DNA of 64,000 nucleotides from Obrimoposthia wandeli (GCA_977020255.1 CDROCS010000253.1:1550001-1614000), one strand, 5' to 3'. Positions 20,949 through 31,350 are shown, numbered from the stretch's first letter. Notes: a model not told the origin generated them from the letters alone. Numbers and translations are program-made.

Positions 20949-23138
20949 GTGAAACAATCAAAACATTTCGCACTGGTTGGTTTTGCCAACTCAGGCAAAA
21001 GCACTTTATTTAATCTGTTATTATCCGACAGTCAGAGCAATAAAAAGCAGAGTAAGCAAAATGTAGGCAATTGGTCAGGTGTGACTGTTGCTGCTAAAAA
21101 AACAAACATTACTCTTAATAAGCAGGCTGCCTATTTATCTGATCTTCCTGGCTTAAGTTCATTAGAACGTCATGCGGAGCAGGGTAAAGACCTCACTATT
21201 TCTCAATCGTTTTTACAAGAAAATGATATTGATTGTTTAGTTAATGTTGTTGATGTTAATCAGCTGAGTCGACAACTTTATTTAACTAGCCAGTTATTAG
21301 AGTTGGGGGTGCCTATGATAGTGGTACTCAATAAAACCGACCGACAAAAACATTTAGATATTGATATTTCACAATTAGCAGCAGAGTTAGGTTGTCCAGT
21401 TATTGGCATTAGCGCACAAAGAAGCGATGCATTAGGAAAAGTACAACAGGCACTAGGTCAAATAACAGCCGACATTTCTGCTAACCACCAAAAAATTGTT
21501 GATAGTGCTCGTTTAGAAGAAAATCAAAAACAACAGCCCAAGAAAAGTGTCAAGGTAATGCAAGGCCGTTATGATTATATTACCGATATGCTTGCGCGTG
21601 TTAGTAGTGTGGAAGCAACTAATGCAGCCTTTGCCAATCCAGCATGTAACAATAAGCCTTTTTCAGACAGAATAGATAGCGTAGTGTTGCATCCCCTCAT
21701 GGGTGTTCCGGTCTTTCTTGGCGTGATGTACTTACTCTTTATGTTTGCCATTAATGTAGGTAGTGCTTTTATCGATTTCTTCGATATTCTTAGTGGTACT
21801 TTATTTGTTGACTATCCTCTGCACTTTCTTGCGCCGTTAGATTTACCACAATGGATTATTACTATCGTTGAGGGCTTGGGTAGTGGTTTGCAAACAGTCG
21901 CGACGTTTATTCCTGTAATTGCCTGTTTATTTATCGGATTATCATTGCTTGAGAGCTCAGGTTATTTAGCGCGTGCTGCCTTTGTTGTAGACAGTGTAAT
22001 GCAAAAAATTGGCTTACCTGGTAAAGCCTTTGTTCCTTTAATTGTTGGTTTTGGTTGTACAGTTCCTGCGGTAATGTCAGCAAGAATTCTTGATAGTGAG
22101 CGAGAACGTATTACCACAGTAATGATGTCACCCTTCATGTCATGTGGAGCAAGACTGCCTGTTTACGCGCTATTTGCTGCTGCATTCTTTCCTGATAACG
22201 GTCAAAATTTAGTATTTTTATTGTATTTAGTAGGTATTGCCGCTGCTATATTTACCGGCTTTTTATTAAAGAAAACGGTATTGTCAGGCACTCCTTCATT
22301 AAATATTATGGAATTGCCTCATTACGAGATGCCAAAAATTCGTAATCTAAGTAAGCGTGTTTGGCAACGCACTAGTAGTTTTGTTACAGGTGCAGGGAAG
22401 ACCATCGTGATTGTGGTATGTTTACTTAACTTTCTTAACTCTGTTGGCACTGACGGTCAATTTGGTAATCAAGACAGTGAAAATTCTGTATTGAGCCAAG
22501 GAGCCAAAGTGGTTATGCCTCTGTTGGCACCTATGGGCGTCCAAGAAGAAAATTGGCAAGCTGGCGTAGGTATTATCACTGGCATATTTGCCAAAGAAGT
22601 GCTGGTTGCTACGTTTAATAATTTATATTCACCTCATGCATCAGATGACCAAGCTGAGCCATCGTTATCACAAAGCTGGCAGGATGCTATTGGCAGTATT
22701 AAAGAAAATTTATTAGGTATTGCGCCTGATGACCCATTGGGTTTCAGCGTAGGTGAGATAAGTGACTTAAATCTTGCAGCTCAAGAGCAAGGCGTTGAAC
22801 TCACAACGTACCAGCGAATGCAATTGGCTTTTGTGAGTCAGTTAGGTGCTTTTAGCTACTTATTGTTTATCTTACTTTATACCCCTTGTGTTGCTGCTAT
22901 GGGGGCAATTAAAAATGAAGTAGGAAGTCGCTGGGCAGCATTTGCTGGCATATGGAGTTTTGTTTTTGCCTATTTGGTGTCCACGTTATGTTATCAAATT
23001 GGCAATTTTTTAGCCGCACCGTTAAGCGCTAGTATAACGATAGCTCTTGCTTTATTAACCTTTGTTTTGATTTATTTCTGGCTTAAACATAAAGGTAAAA
23101 AGGTGTTAACTATTCCGGTAAGGGTCAGTTACAGCTAA
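20949..23138 (+). CDS. feoB: ferrous iron transport protein B
   Basis: G1 GFANSGKST, GNWSGVTV, DLPG, NKTD; membrane motifs GFGCTVPA, FMSCGARLPVY and YTPCVA. Confidence 0.95.
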   Translation: MKQSKHFALVGFANSGKSTLFNLLLSDSQSNKKQSKQNVGNWSGVTVAAKKTNITLNKQAAYLSDLPGLSSLERHAEQGKDLTISQSFLQENDIDCLVNVVDVNQLSRQLYLTSQLLELGVPMIVVLNKTDRQKHLDIDISQLAAELGCPVIGISAQRSDALGKVQQALGQITADISANHQKIVDSARLEENQKQQPKKSVKVMQGRYDYITDMLARVSSVEATNAAFANPACNNKPFSDRIDSVVLHPLMGVPVFLGVMYLLFMFAINVGSAFIDFFDILSGTLFVDYPLHFLAPLDLPQWIITIVEGLGSGLQTVATFIPVIACLFIGLSLLESSGYLARAAFVVDSVMQKIGLPGKAFVPLIVGFGCTVPAVMSARILDSERERITTVMMSPFMSCGARLPVYALFAAAFFPDNGQNLVFLLYLVGIAAAIFTGFLLKKTVLSGTPSLNIMELPHYEMPKIRNLSKRVWQRTSSFVTGAGKTIVIVVCLLNFLNSVGTDGQFGNQDSENSVLSQGAKVVMPLLAPMGVQEENWQAGVGIITGIFAKEVLVATFNNLYSPHASDDQAEPSLSQSWQDAIGSIKENLLGIAPDDPLGFSVGEISDLNLAAQEQGVELTTYQRMQLAFVSQLGAFSYLLFILLYTPCVAAMGAIKNEVGSRWAAFAGIWSFVFAYLVSTLCYQIGNFLAAPLSASITIALALLTFVLIYFWLKHKGKKVLTIPVRVSYS

Positions 23139-23378
23139 TAGCTAGCCAACCTCAATCACTTCAAATTTGGGGTAGTAGATACTCACAAGCATGTTGTCCA
23201 TCTATGTGCTTAGACATTGCTAACAATCACTGGTTATTGTTAGCAATATCACCTTTCATTACTCCCTCCATTTTTACTCACTCAACTCCCCAAAACTTCA
23301 CTATTTAACTCGTTATCCTAACCAAAATCATATTAATTCTCACTGAAATCTTGTACTTTAAGGGGATGGAGTGAAAAT

Positions 23379-24431
23379 ATGAATAATAAAACAACTACGT
23401 CAACTAAGCAGATTAAGCGCATTGCACTATTAACCAGTGGTGGTGATGCACCAGGCATGAATGCCGCGATACGTTCAGTTGTATTGGCAGCTCATCATTA
23501 TCACATTGACGTTATTGGTTTTTATCATGGTTATAACGGCTTGGTATGTGCAGAATATATTGCTATGGCTGAAACGTTAAGCTTGTTGAAGGTAAACGGC
23601 ATCATTCACCTCGGCGGTACGATATTGAAGAGTGCGCGTTGTTTGTTAATGCATGAAGAAAAAGGCTTGAAATTAGCGGCAGACACATTAAATGAGCACA
23701 ATATCGACGCGCTTGTCGTTATAGGTGGCGATGGCTCTTTTTCTGGATTGCTGGCGCTTAAGCACTATTGGTCAGGCCAAATGATTGGAATTCCCGGGAC
23801 TATAGATAATGACTTGGACGGAACAGACTACACCATTGGCTTTGCCACCGCTGTGAATACGGGCATCGAAGCCATTGATAAAATTCGTGATACCGCAGAT
23901 GCTTTTGAACGGATATTTATTGTTGAATTAATGGGGCGTCATTGTGGCCATATAACCTTTAATGTTGGTATCGCCTGCGCCGCAGAGCAAGTATTGTCGT
24001 TTGAAAACTTTACCGCGAATGAGCAATCGTCAAAATTACAGCAACTCGCTACAGAAATTACCACGGCAAAGAAAAATCGCCATTCAAGTTATATTATTGT
24101 TATCGCTGAAAACCTGTGGCCAGGTGGCGCAGCAGAATTAGCAAAACAATTACATCAGCAAGCTGATATTGAGTGCACCGCTTGTATATTAGGACATATT
24201 CAGCGCGGTGGCTCACCCGTTGCTAAAGATAGAATCTTAGCAACCAAAATGGGGGTAGCTGCAGTACAAGCACTTATCGACAGTAAGTCCAATGTGATGG
24301 TGGCAGAGCAAAATAATGCGATGCATCTTATTACGCTTGATGAGGCGATTAAACATCAAAAAGTAGTAAGCAAGCAGCTTATTGATGCACAGCAAAATAT
24401 CTTGGCGTTAACGGCACAAACCCAGTGTTAG
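23379..24431 (+). CDS. pfkA: ATP-dependent 6-phosphofructokinase
   Basis: TSGGDAPGMN, GGDGS, PGTIDND, MGRHCG and GHIQRGG motifs. Confidence 0.92.
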   Translation: MNNKTTTSTKQIKRIALLTSGGDAPGMNAAIRSVVLAAHHYHIDVIGFYHGYNGLVCAEYIAMAETLSLLKVNGIIHLGGTILKSARCLLMHEEKGLKLAADTLNEHNIDALVVIGGDGSFSGLLALKHYWSGQMIGIPGTIDNDLDGTDYTIGFATAVNTGIEAIDKIRDTADAFERIFIVELMGRHCGHITFNVGIACAAEQVLSFENFTANEQSSKLQQLATEITTAKKNRHSSYIIVIAENLWPGGAAELAKQLHQQADIECTACILGHIQRGGSPVAKDRILATKMGVAAVQALIDSKSNVMVAEQNNAMHLITLDEAIKHQKVVSKQLIDAQQNILALTAQTQC

Positions 24432-24453
24432 AAACAACTAGGTAATGGCAATA

Positions 24454-25947
24454 TTATGCTTTTATTGATGGTAAAGATAATGAAAAGCTACTGCCATTAC
24501 CCAGCTCACTTTTAACCATCAGTTCAGAATTTATTACTTGAGATAATTTTTGGCTAATCGCTAACCCTAAACCAGCATGCTGCGTATTATCTTCTATGGC
24601 GTTACTTGCTCTATATCTTGCATCAAATATATAAGCAATATCCTCTTTACTTATACCACTACCATTATCAGTTACGCTTACTTTAACTTGGGTCGATAAT
24701 TGAGTGACAGTCATGACTATTTCACCACCAATGTCAGTATGTCTAATGGCATTTTCTAATAAATTTGTCATTATGCGCTCTAATTTAGCAATGTCAGAGT
24801 AAACTATAAATTGGCAGGGTTGAGGCTGTAGCGTTAGGGCAATTTTTTTATCGGCGGCTTTTAAGGTAAATTTAGCCAGAATGTCATGTAACAATTCACC
24901 AATAGCAAAAGTTTCTAGATTGACAGTCACTTGACCATTTTCTAAATGCGCCAGTTCAAATATTTGGTCGATAAGGCGTTTGAGTTGGCTAACATTACGC
25001 TGAACTGTCGCTAAATACTCTTGTTGTTCAACGCTGGATAAGTTATCACCTTTGATCGCTAATATTTCAATATAACCTTGCATTGTCGCCAGCGGTGTAC
25101 GCAGATCGTGAGATAAGTGCGCTAATAACTCCCGACGTATCCGGTCGTTTTCAGTCAATAAAGAGAACTGTTGATTAATTTGTACCACCATGTCGTTAAA
25201 CGTAGCACCAAGGAAGTGCACTTCATTATTATCAATATTAGGGTTTGAGTTAGAGCCCCATTGCTTTAACTGCACTTTTGTTTGATCAAACTTTACCGCT
25301 TTAAGTGCTTGCATTTGTTTTGCTAGCTCCCTTACCGGATGCGTAAAATAGTGAAATACCGCTAATAAAACCAATAAAAGTAATAACAAGCTGGCAATAA
25401 CAAATGCACCGTATTTTTGTAAGTCTTTATCGGCTTGTACTTGGCTAAAAATTGAATCATAAATTTCGCCACCAATAATAATATATAAATAACCTTGCAA
25501 CAGATCACCTTGATAAACAGGGGAGGCTGAAAATATTTTTTTATTGCTAATGCCACGCGGGTCATCGCCAAAAACAGGCACTTGTTGTGGCTTAGCTATT
25601 AGCTTTTTGAGTGGGCTTAATGAAACCGTTTTTCGTTTTATTTTAGCTGGGTCAGCGGAGTAAGTTAAAATATTACCTTGGGCATCTAAAAAGTAAAATT
25701 CAAAAGCTGGACCTAGTAACATCAGGGTATGAAAAAGGTTTTCTAAGGCTGCTTTATCGTAAACACCATCTTGTAATAACGGGTTATCATGGGCTAAATG
25801 TTCAGCGAGGTTTACGTGTAGCTTTTGCTCTGCTTGGTACTTTGATTGCTGTACCAAAGAGTTACTCCAAGCAACGAGTAATGAGGCCATAATTATGAAG
25901 GCAGCACAGAGCGTTAATGCTAAACGTTGGTAAAGTGATATTTTCAT
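24454..25947 (-). CDS. sensor histidine kinase (HAMP-HisKA-HATPase)
   Basis: LSHDLRTPL H-box, NLLENAIRHT, DNGSG, GLGLAIS; two TM helices around a periplasmic domain. Confidence 0.92.
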   Translation of the reverse strand: MKISLYQRLALTLCAAFIIMASLLVAWSNSLVQQSKYQAEQKLHVNLAEHLAHDNPLLQDGVYDKAALENLFHTLMLLGPAFEFYFLDAQGNILTYSADPAKIKRKTVSLSPLKKLIAKPQQVPVFGDDPRGISNKKIFSASPVYQGDLLQGYLYIIIGGEIYDSIFSQVQADKDLQKYGAFVIASLLLLLLVLLAVFHYFTHPVRELAKQMQALKAVKFDQTKVQLKQWGSNSNPNIDNNEVHFLGATFNDMVVQINQQFSLLTENDRIRRELLAHLSHDLRTPLATMQGYIEILAIKGDNLSSVEQQEYLATVQRNVSQLKRLIDQIFELAHLENGQVTVNLETFAIGELLHDILAKFTLKAADKKIALTLQPQPCQFIVYSDIAKLERIMTNLLENAIRHTDIGGEIVMTVTQLSTQVKVSVTDNGSGISKEDIAYIFDARYRASNAIEDNTQHAGLGLAISQKLSQVINSELMVKSELGNGSSFSLSLPSIKA

Positions 25948-25977
25948 CGAAGGAGAGTCCTTACAGTCTTTATTAAT

Positions 25978-26754
25978 TTAAGATGCCGCTGGCGGCATTA
26001 CACCGGCTGAATTAAGTTTATAACCCACTCCCCAGACGGTCTGAATTATTTTTGGCTCGGTACAATCTTCCTCAAGCTTATTTCTAAGGCGATTAATATG
26101 AGAGTTTACCGTGTGTTCATAGCCATTGTGATGGTAGCCCCAAACACCATCAAGTAACTGAGCCCGTGAAAATACCTGATCAGGGTGCTGACAGAAAAAA
26201 TCAATCAATTCAAATTCGGTAGCCGTTAAGTTAATTGCTTTATTTTTGTAAGTCACTTGATGAAATCTATGATCTACCTGTAGTTGACCTATCGATGTAG
26301 CTGTCTGTGCTAACTGAGCTGATTCTTGAGATGTCTTTTCTTCATTTTTAATGGTATTAATCTCAGATGAATTTTTAGCGATAACCGCATGCACCCTACG
26401 TAATTGGCTTCTCACTCGGGCTTGCAACTCTCGAACACTGAAAGGTTTAGTCATGTAGTCATCAGCCCCCAATTCAAGTCCTAATATTCGATCTAGTTCT
26501 GATGTTTTAGAGGTCAGCATGATAATTGACTGTAAAGGTTTTGCTTGCCTAACTTGTCGACAAATATCTAAGCCACTAATACCTGGCAACATCACATCAA
26601 GTAAAATAAGTTGGTAGTCTTTTGTTAAAGCTTGTTGTAATGCTTGCTCACCTTGAGTGCAAATATCACAGTCCAGATCTAGTTCAGATAAATGCACTTT
26701 AATAAGTTTGGCAATATCAATTTCGTCTTCAATTATTAGAATATTATCTTTCAT
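25978..26754 (-). CDS. OmpR-family response regulator
   Basis: IIEDE, LLDVMLPG, GADDYMTKPF and IQTVWGVGY motifs. Confidence 0.93.
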   Translation of the reverse strand: MKDNILIIEDEIDIAKLIKVHLSELDLDCDICTQGEQALQQALTKDYQLILLDVMLPGISGLDICRQVRQAKPLQSIIMLTSKTSELDRILGLELGADDYMTKPFSVRELQARVRSQLRRVHAVIAKNSSEINTIKNEEKTSQESAQLAQTATSIGQLQVDHRFHQVTYKNKAINLTATEFELIDFFCQHPDQVFSRAQLLDGVWGYHHNGYEHTVNSHINRLRNKLEEDCTEPKIIQTVWGVGYKLNSAGVMPPAAS

Positions 26755-26783
26755 ATTTTGGCCAATGAGTGAACTAAGTCACC

Positions 26784-26821
26784 GACAGCAATCGAACTAA
26801 TGAAGTGGTTCGATTGCTGTC
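26784..26821. other. intra-operon hairpin between the spondin genes and the regulator
   Basis: Perfect 14-bp stem GACAGCAATCGAAC / GTTCGATTGCTGTC. Confidence 0.7.
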
Positions 26822-26834
26822 TTGGCCTAGCGCA

Positions 26835-27569
26835 CTACTTAGTTCGAGTAATAGTTAATTTAACTGCAGGGTTATCAAAACGATGAGCCTGAGTTAATAC
26901 TGAGCTTGATAGACCATCATCTTTGCTAACCACGCCCGAATGATAACCAACTAAGTCGATATCATTTCGCGCTGAGTCATAACCAACCCCACCATCTACT
27001 GGGCCTGGAATAGTACCGACGGCTTCATTATTTTGTTCGGTACCTGCATCATAGACATTTAATCGCCATGATTTTTCTTGGTTAAGCGTCAATGTTGATA
27101 TATCTACACCAGTAAGACCCGAGAAAGCGTCATTTGTATTCACCAACATTGTCGCAACGGTTAAATAAGTGGCCGTAGGCTCTGTTGTACTGATGTCTAA
27201 AGTAACGCTAGTACCAGGTAACAGTGGCCCTTGTGCAGATGTTGTTACAATATTATTTTCTAGTGCGATAAAGTCTGTATTATCTCCACCCTCGGCTAGT
27301 TTTTCTAAAGCAACAGATGCTGCTTGGCCAACTTGCCACATTTTGCTATCACCGTGCAGTGATATAGCAACGGGTGATAAAGGTTGAGCATAGGTTAGAT
27401 TAGTTAGCGTTAATGAATAGTTATATTCAATAGCTGGCGTTACAACTACTTCGTCAGCAACGTAATCGTTATCATTACAAGCGGCTAGCCCTAAGGTGAG
27501 TAAACCCGCAATAAGTAATGGGTTAGCTAATTTTTTTGTACTCTTTTTTTGAGTGTTTAAGGTTAACAT
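26835..27569 (-). CDS. Spondin_N domain lipoprotein
   Basis: Lipobox LAAC; TNLTYAQPLSP, LAEGGD, MLVNTNDAFSG and YDAGTEQNNE Spondin_N motifs. Confidence 0.85.
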   Translation of the reverse strand: MLTLNTQKKSTKKLANPLLIAGLLTLGLAACNDNDYVADEVVVTPAIEYNYSLTLTNLTYAQPLSPVAISLHGDSKMWQVGQAASVALEKLAEGGDNTDFIALENNIVTTSAQGPLLPGTSVTLDISTTEPTATYLTVATMLVNTNDAFSGLTGVDISTLTLNQEKSWRLNVYDAGTEQNNEAVGTIPGPVDGGVGYDSARNDIDLVGYHSGVVSKDDGLSSSVLTQAHRFDNPAVKLTITRTK

Positions 27570-27578
27570 GTCGCCCCC

Positions 27579-28298
27579 TTATTGCACGGTAATGGTAAGT
27601 TTAGCAACAGGGTTTAACCAGCGTTGCACGCTATTGTTAATGTCACTTGTACCTGCGGACATGTCACTATCACCTAAGCTACCACGGTGAATATGTACTT
27701 TACTGTTAGACTCCATATCGGTAACACCAGTACCATTCATACCTAATAAAGGATCTAATGGCGGTGGTACTGGCATACCGGCTTCACCTAGTGCGCCACT
27801 GCCACGAAGCTCATCATTTGCTTCAGTACCTGCATCATAAGCATTTAAAAATACGGTATAAGTACCAGCTTTTTCAGGTATTTTCCAGCTATCTAAACCA
27901 ACAAAACCATCATTAGAAGGCAATACCATAGCGGCAAGTGATAAATGAGTATTGGCGCTATCATTCGTTAAGTTAAAACTCGCAGACATTGTTGGTGCTA
28001 ATAAACCAGCTGCAGGGTTTTCATTAATATTAGCGTCGGCATTGGTTAATATACTTACTAAACCTGAGATATTACCACCTTCAGCCATCGCTTGAAGTTC
28101 AGCACTCGCCATTTCACTCGCCATAAAAATGTGATCTTCACTAGCGTGTGCTGCTGTAATAACGGGAGTGAAATACAAACCTTGCGTTAAGTTTGTGACA
28201 GTAATGGATAATTCTTGTGCCATAGTCGTTGAGCTTGCAAGCGCGAGTGCTAGAACACTTAATGCTGACTTGATTGGTGATTTCTTAATTACTTTCAT
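27579..28298 (-). CDS. secreted Spondin_N domain protein
   Basis: Sec signal (TMA-QE); TNLTQGLYFTP, MAEGGN, MVLPSNDGFVG and YDAGTEANDE motifs. Confidence 0.85.
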   Translation of the reverse strand: MKVIKKSPIKSALSVLALALASSTTMAQELSITVTNLTQGLYFTPVITAAHASEDHIFMASEMASAELQAMAEGGNISGLVSILTNADANINENPAAGLLAPTMSASFNLTNDSANTHLSLAAMVLPSNDGFVGLDSWKIPEKAGTYTVFLNAYDAGTEANDELRGSGALGEAGMPVPPPLDPLLGMNGTGVTDMESNSKVHIHRGSLGDSDMSAGTSDINNSVQRWLNPVAKLTITVQ

Positions 28299-28551
28299 GA
28301 TACTTTCCTTTGTAGTTAGATTTGTTTTGTGTGTTTTTGTTTTGTTTAACTAAAAGAGAGTATGAAGTTGAATTATCGCTTGGAGATCACGCATTTATCA
28401 CATTTTGTTAGAGAATTAATCACAGAAGTATCACAGTGAGGATCTGAGCATATATTGGGAATATAAATAGGACTAATTTATTGAACGCTAAGTGATAACT
28501 TCAAAGTGTAGAGACAATGTATGGATTGATTAGCGTAGTTTTTTTATTGTC

Positions 28552-28739
28552 GGAATGGTTGTTCCCTTCTCAAAATCAATAACGCAGCATAAAGCGTTTC
28601 TAAATCAGCCCTTGGGGAAGGCTGAGCAAATAATACTCAGCGTTACCTTTCTTTTTAAGGACGCTACATGGAGGTAGCTTCTTAGAGAATGCAGGAGCAC
28701 ATTCTCCTGAAACGAACATCTTCAAGTGGAGCGGGTATG
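28552..28739. repeat. composite ERIC-like repeat carrying the 47-bp cassette in inverted orientation
   Basis: GAATGGTTGTTCCCTTCTCAAAATCAATAACGC resembles the 7608 element core. 28664-28710 is the reverse complement of 7691-7737 at 45/47 nt. Ends with CTTCAAGTGGAGCGGGTAT. Confidence 0.75.
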
Positions 28740-28805
28740 TCATATACTCTAAATAAGTGGCCTAGGTTTAGGTGAGACACTTTGCCACTGTAGCTTTGAT
28801 GAGAG

Positions 28806-29657
28806 TTATATTTTTTTAACGTAAAAAGCGGTTGCGTGCCCTTGTATGTACATTACTGTTTCTGCTTTTTTTCCAAGGGTAGGCTCATCTAGCAAACTTA
28901 CATTTTGAATCAATGTTATTGAATATTCCCCTGAAGTAGTGGTTGCTGGCGCTAATGCACCCGTAATCACCCATAAAGAACCATCACTTAACATTATTGA
29001 ATCATTTTCACCTTCAGAATAAAAAGTATGAAGGCCTTGCCATATAATTTTTGCTTTCGTTAAAGGCTTAAGATAATAACCAAAAGGTGCGTATTCATTA
29101 TATAAATACCACGCACTAAATACGCCCAGTTTTTCATCTGTTTGAGACGTTAGATCAGGAAAGTTACTTCTCACATTATAGAGTGTGTAATCAAAAATAT
29201 CCCCGGTGTTAATTGCTGAAGAATCAATACCGTTAATTCTCCATATTGAGTCATCATCTAATAACATTACGCTACCTACGGATAATGGCGCTAACTCAAT
29301 ATTTCCTCGTTGTAAAACAGTGGGGGTTTGGATTGGGTCAATGTAAAAGCTAGCGGCGCTATTGTTAACAAATACGTAATATTTCCCTTTAACACCCTGG
29401 TTAGGCTCACCAAAATCATTTGGGTTATCATAAATAATTACGTCTACTTCTCCGGCACTAAGCGTTCCATCACCGAGTGATAGACCGACAATACTCCATA
29501 GCGTGCCATCTTCTAATTTTATTAAGTCGTTTATAGAATGACTCTTAAGGTAAATTACTTCTGAATGCTGGGACGGTATTTTATTATCAGATGCTCCCCC
29601 TCCTTCTCCACATGCTGATAGCATGAAAATAAATACAAAATAACACCAAGATTTCAT
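28806..29657 (-). CDS. hypothetical lipoprotein with three internal repeats
   Basis: Lipobox LSAC; LxDGT/SxWxIxG core present three times. Confidence 0.7.
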   Translation of the reverse strand: MKSWCYFVFIFMLSACGEGGGASDNKIPSQHSEVIYLKSHSINDLIKLEDGTLWSIVGLSLGDGTLSAGEVDVIIYDNPNDFGEPNQGVKGKYYVFVNNSAASFYIDPIQTPTVLQRGNIELAPLSVGSVMLLDDDSIWRINGIDSSAINTGDIFDYTLYNVRSNFPDLTSQTDEKLGVFSAWYLYNEYAPFGYYLKPLTKAKIIWQGLHTFYSEGENDSIMLSDGSLWVITGALAPATTTSGEYSITLIQNVSLLDEPTLGKKAETVMYIQGHATAFYVKKI

Positions 29658-29738
29658 GAAATATCCTTTTAAATTAATAAACTATATTATGTTAACAGTA
29701 GAATGATTGTTATACAACGTAACTCAGTTTTAACGTTA

Positions 29739-29785
29739 TATACCCAAGCCACTTGAAACCTGCATCTTTATGTAGCTTGGGTATA
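29739..29785. repeat. internally deleted ERIC-like element (47 bp)
   Basis: TATACCCAAGC...ACTTGAA...GCTTGGGTATA with perfect 11-bp inverted termini. Confidence 0.7.
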
Positions 29786-29912
29786 GGTAGGCTATCATTT
29801 CATTTTTATGAAAGCTATTTAACAGAAAACTGCATGACGAGTTTGAACTTTATTGATTGTAGCTATTTTACAGTAGAAAAGTTAATAGTAGGTAATTTAC
29901 TAATAACAACGT

Positions 29913-30992
29913 TTATTGAGCGAGTTTTACTAATTCAGGCTCAGCTTCACAAACTAAAGTAAATAATTGTGCTTGGTTAATAGCGCGATCTAAATTATGG
30001 TTTTCACGGCTTACTTGGAAATAACTATCGCCATTTAAATGATCGGTCAAAAAACGCGTACCAATAATAAAAGGTAATAATTTAGCACCGATAATTAAAC
30101 TGTCTTTTTCAAGTGCAGTCATTTTATCACCAAAAGCATTTTGATAGTTCTGAATAAGCGCTTCAAAAATATCAAATTTAATGACCATTTCATCAATGCT
30201 TGGGTCATCTTCTGCTAAGTTACTGCAACAGGTTCTTACCATATCGCCAAAGTCATGCATTAATAAGCCAGGCATGCAGGTATCAAGATCAATTACCGCA
30301 CAAGGCTTACCACCCGTGGAGAATAATAAATTGTTTACCTTAGTATCGTTGTGCGTAACATGCAGAGGTAATTTTTTACTGATATCTGTTACCTGATTGA
30401 TAAAATCTTGCTGATCTAAGCAAAAATTTACTACTGTTTGGCAGTTCGATAAACGACCTTGCAGATCGTTATTAACGGCTTCGTTAAGTTGTCGCATGCG
30501 AAAACTAATATCATGAAAATCTTCGATGATAACAGCAAGCTCTTTAGCGGGAAAATTATTTAACGTGCAGCTAAATTTGGCAAAAGCACTGGCAACGAGT
30601 GCCGCTTTTTCCGGTGACTCAACTTCTTCTAGCGTGTAAGAGTTACTGACAAACTCCATTAAACGCCAATAATTAGCGGCTACTTTACTATAAGTATCGC
30701 CTGCTTTGGTCAATATTTGTTGAGGTACTGACAGTGGGTAATTACCTGCATTTTTTTGTTGTAATAAATGTAGGTTTATTTTTTGTGCGTTACGACTTAA
30801 CTCAACGGTTTTTGGGAAAACATCATGATTAATTTGCTGTAAGACAAATTCAAATTCAGGGGTCGTTAACTTATAAGTATTATTAATATGACCATTGCCT
30901 AAAGCGGTTATTTCAACGTTAGAAAAGTCATAATCATAGTTATTTAGAACGATATCTATATCTGTGTGTAGCGAGGCTGCTTTGTTATCCAT
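29913..30992 (-). CDS. APH/choline-kinase-fold phosphotransferase, N-acetylhexosamine 1-kinase-like
   Basis: GNGHINNTY, VLQQIN, THNDTKVNN, IDLDTCMPG and DFGDMVRT motifs. Confidence 0.8.
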   Translation of the reverse strand: MDNKAASLHTDIDIVLNNYDYDFSNVEITALGNGHINNTYKLTTPEFEFVLQQINHDVFPKTVELSRNAQKINLHLLQQKNAGNYPLSVPQQILTKAGDTYSKVAANYWRLMEFVSNSYTLEEVESPEKAALVASAFAKFSCTLNNFPAKELAVIIEDFHDISFRMRQLNEAVNNDLQGRLSNCQTVVNFCLDQQDFINQVTDISKKLPLHVTHNDTKVNNLLFSTGGKPCAVIDLDTCMPGLLMHDFGDMVRTCCSNLAEDDPSIDEMVIKFDIFEALIQNYQNAFGDKMTALEKDSLIIGAKLLPFIIGTRFLTDHLNGDSYFQVSRENHNLDRAINQAQLFTLVCEAEPELVKLAQ

Positions 30993-31166
30993 TGCTTTTA
31001 ATACTTATATTTAAGTTAATATTCTTGTTAGCAATGTGATGATTCTAGTAAATACTTACCAGCGAGCTTATGCTAATACATAAATCAGTGACAAATCAAT
31101 CTGTGGTAAATTAAAGAGTAACAAATTAGCGCAAGATGTTACTCTTTTTTGTCAAATAGTACAGTA

Positions 31167-31350
31167 ATACCAATCGGACTAATTTATTAATCACTTAGCG
31201 AGAATTAAAAGACTTAGAGGCAGGCATTGATTAAAGAAAATGGTTATTCAGGAGAATATGTCAGGATAATTGCTCCTGCATTATCTAATAAGGTACTTCC
31301 TGTACCGTCTGTATTCTCTAATAAGCGCATCGATGCAGCGTCCTTGTCCA
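31167..31350. repeat. composite repeat with doubly nested cassette
   Basis: ATACCAATCGGACT terminus; core similar to 7640-7750; outer cassette from 31248 interrupted by an inner cassette at 31261-31305. Confidence 0.7.

Noticed and set aside
29753-29962. 69-aa plus-strand ORF
   Set aside because: Starts inside a repeat element, overlaps the kinase 3' end and has no RBS or motif.
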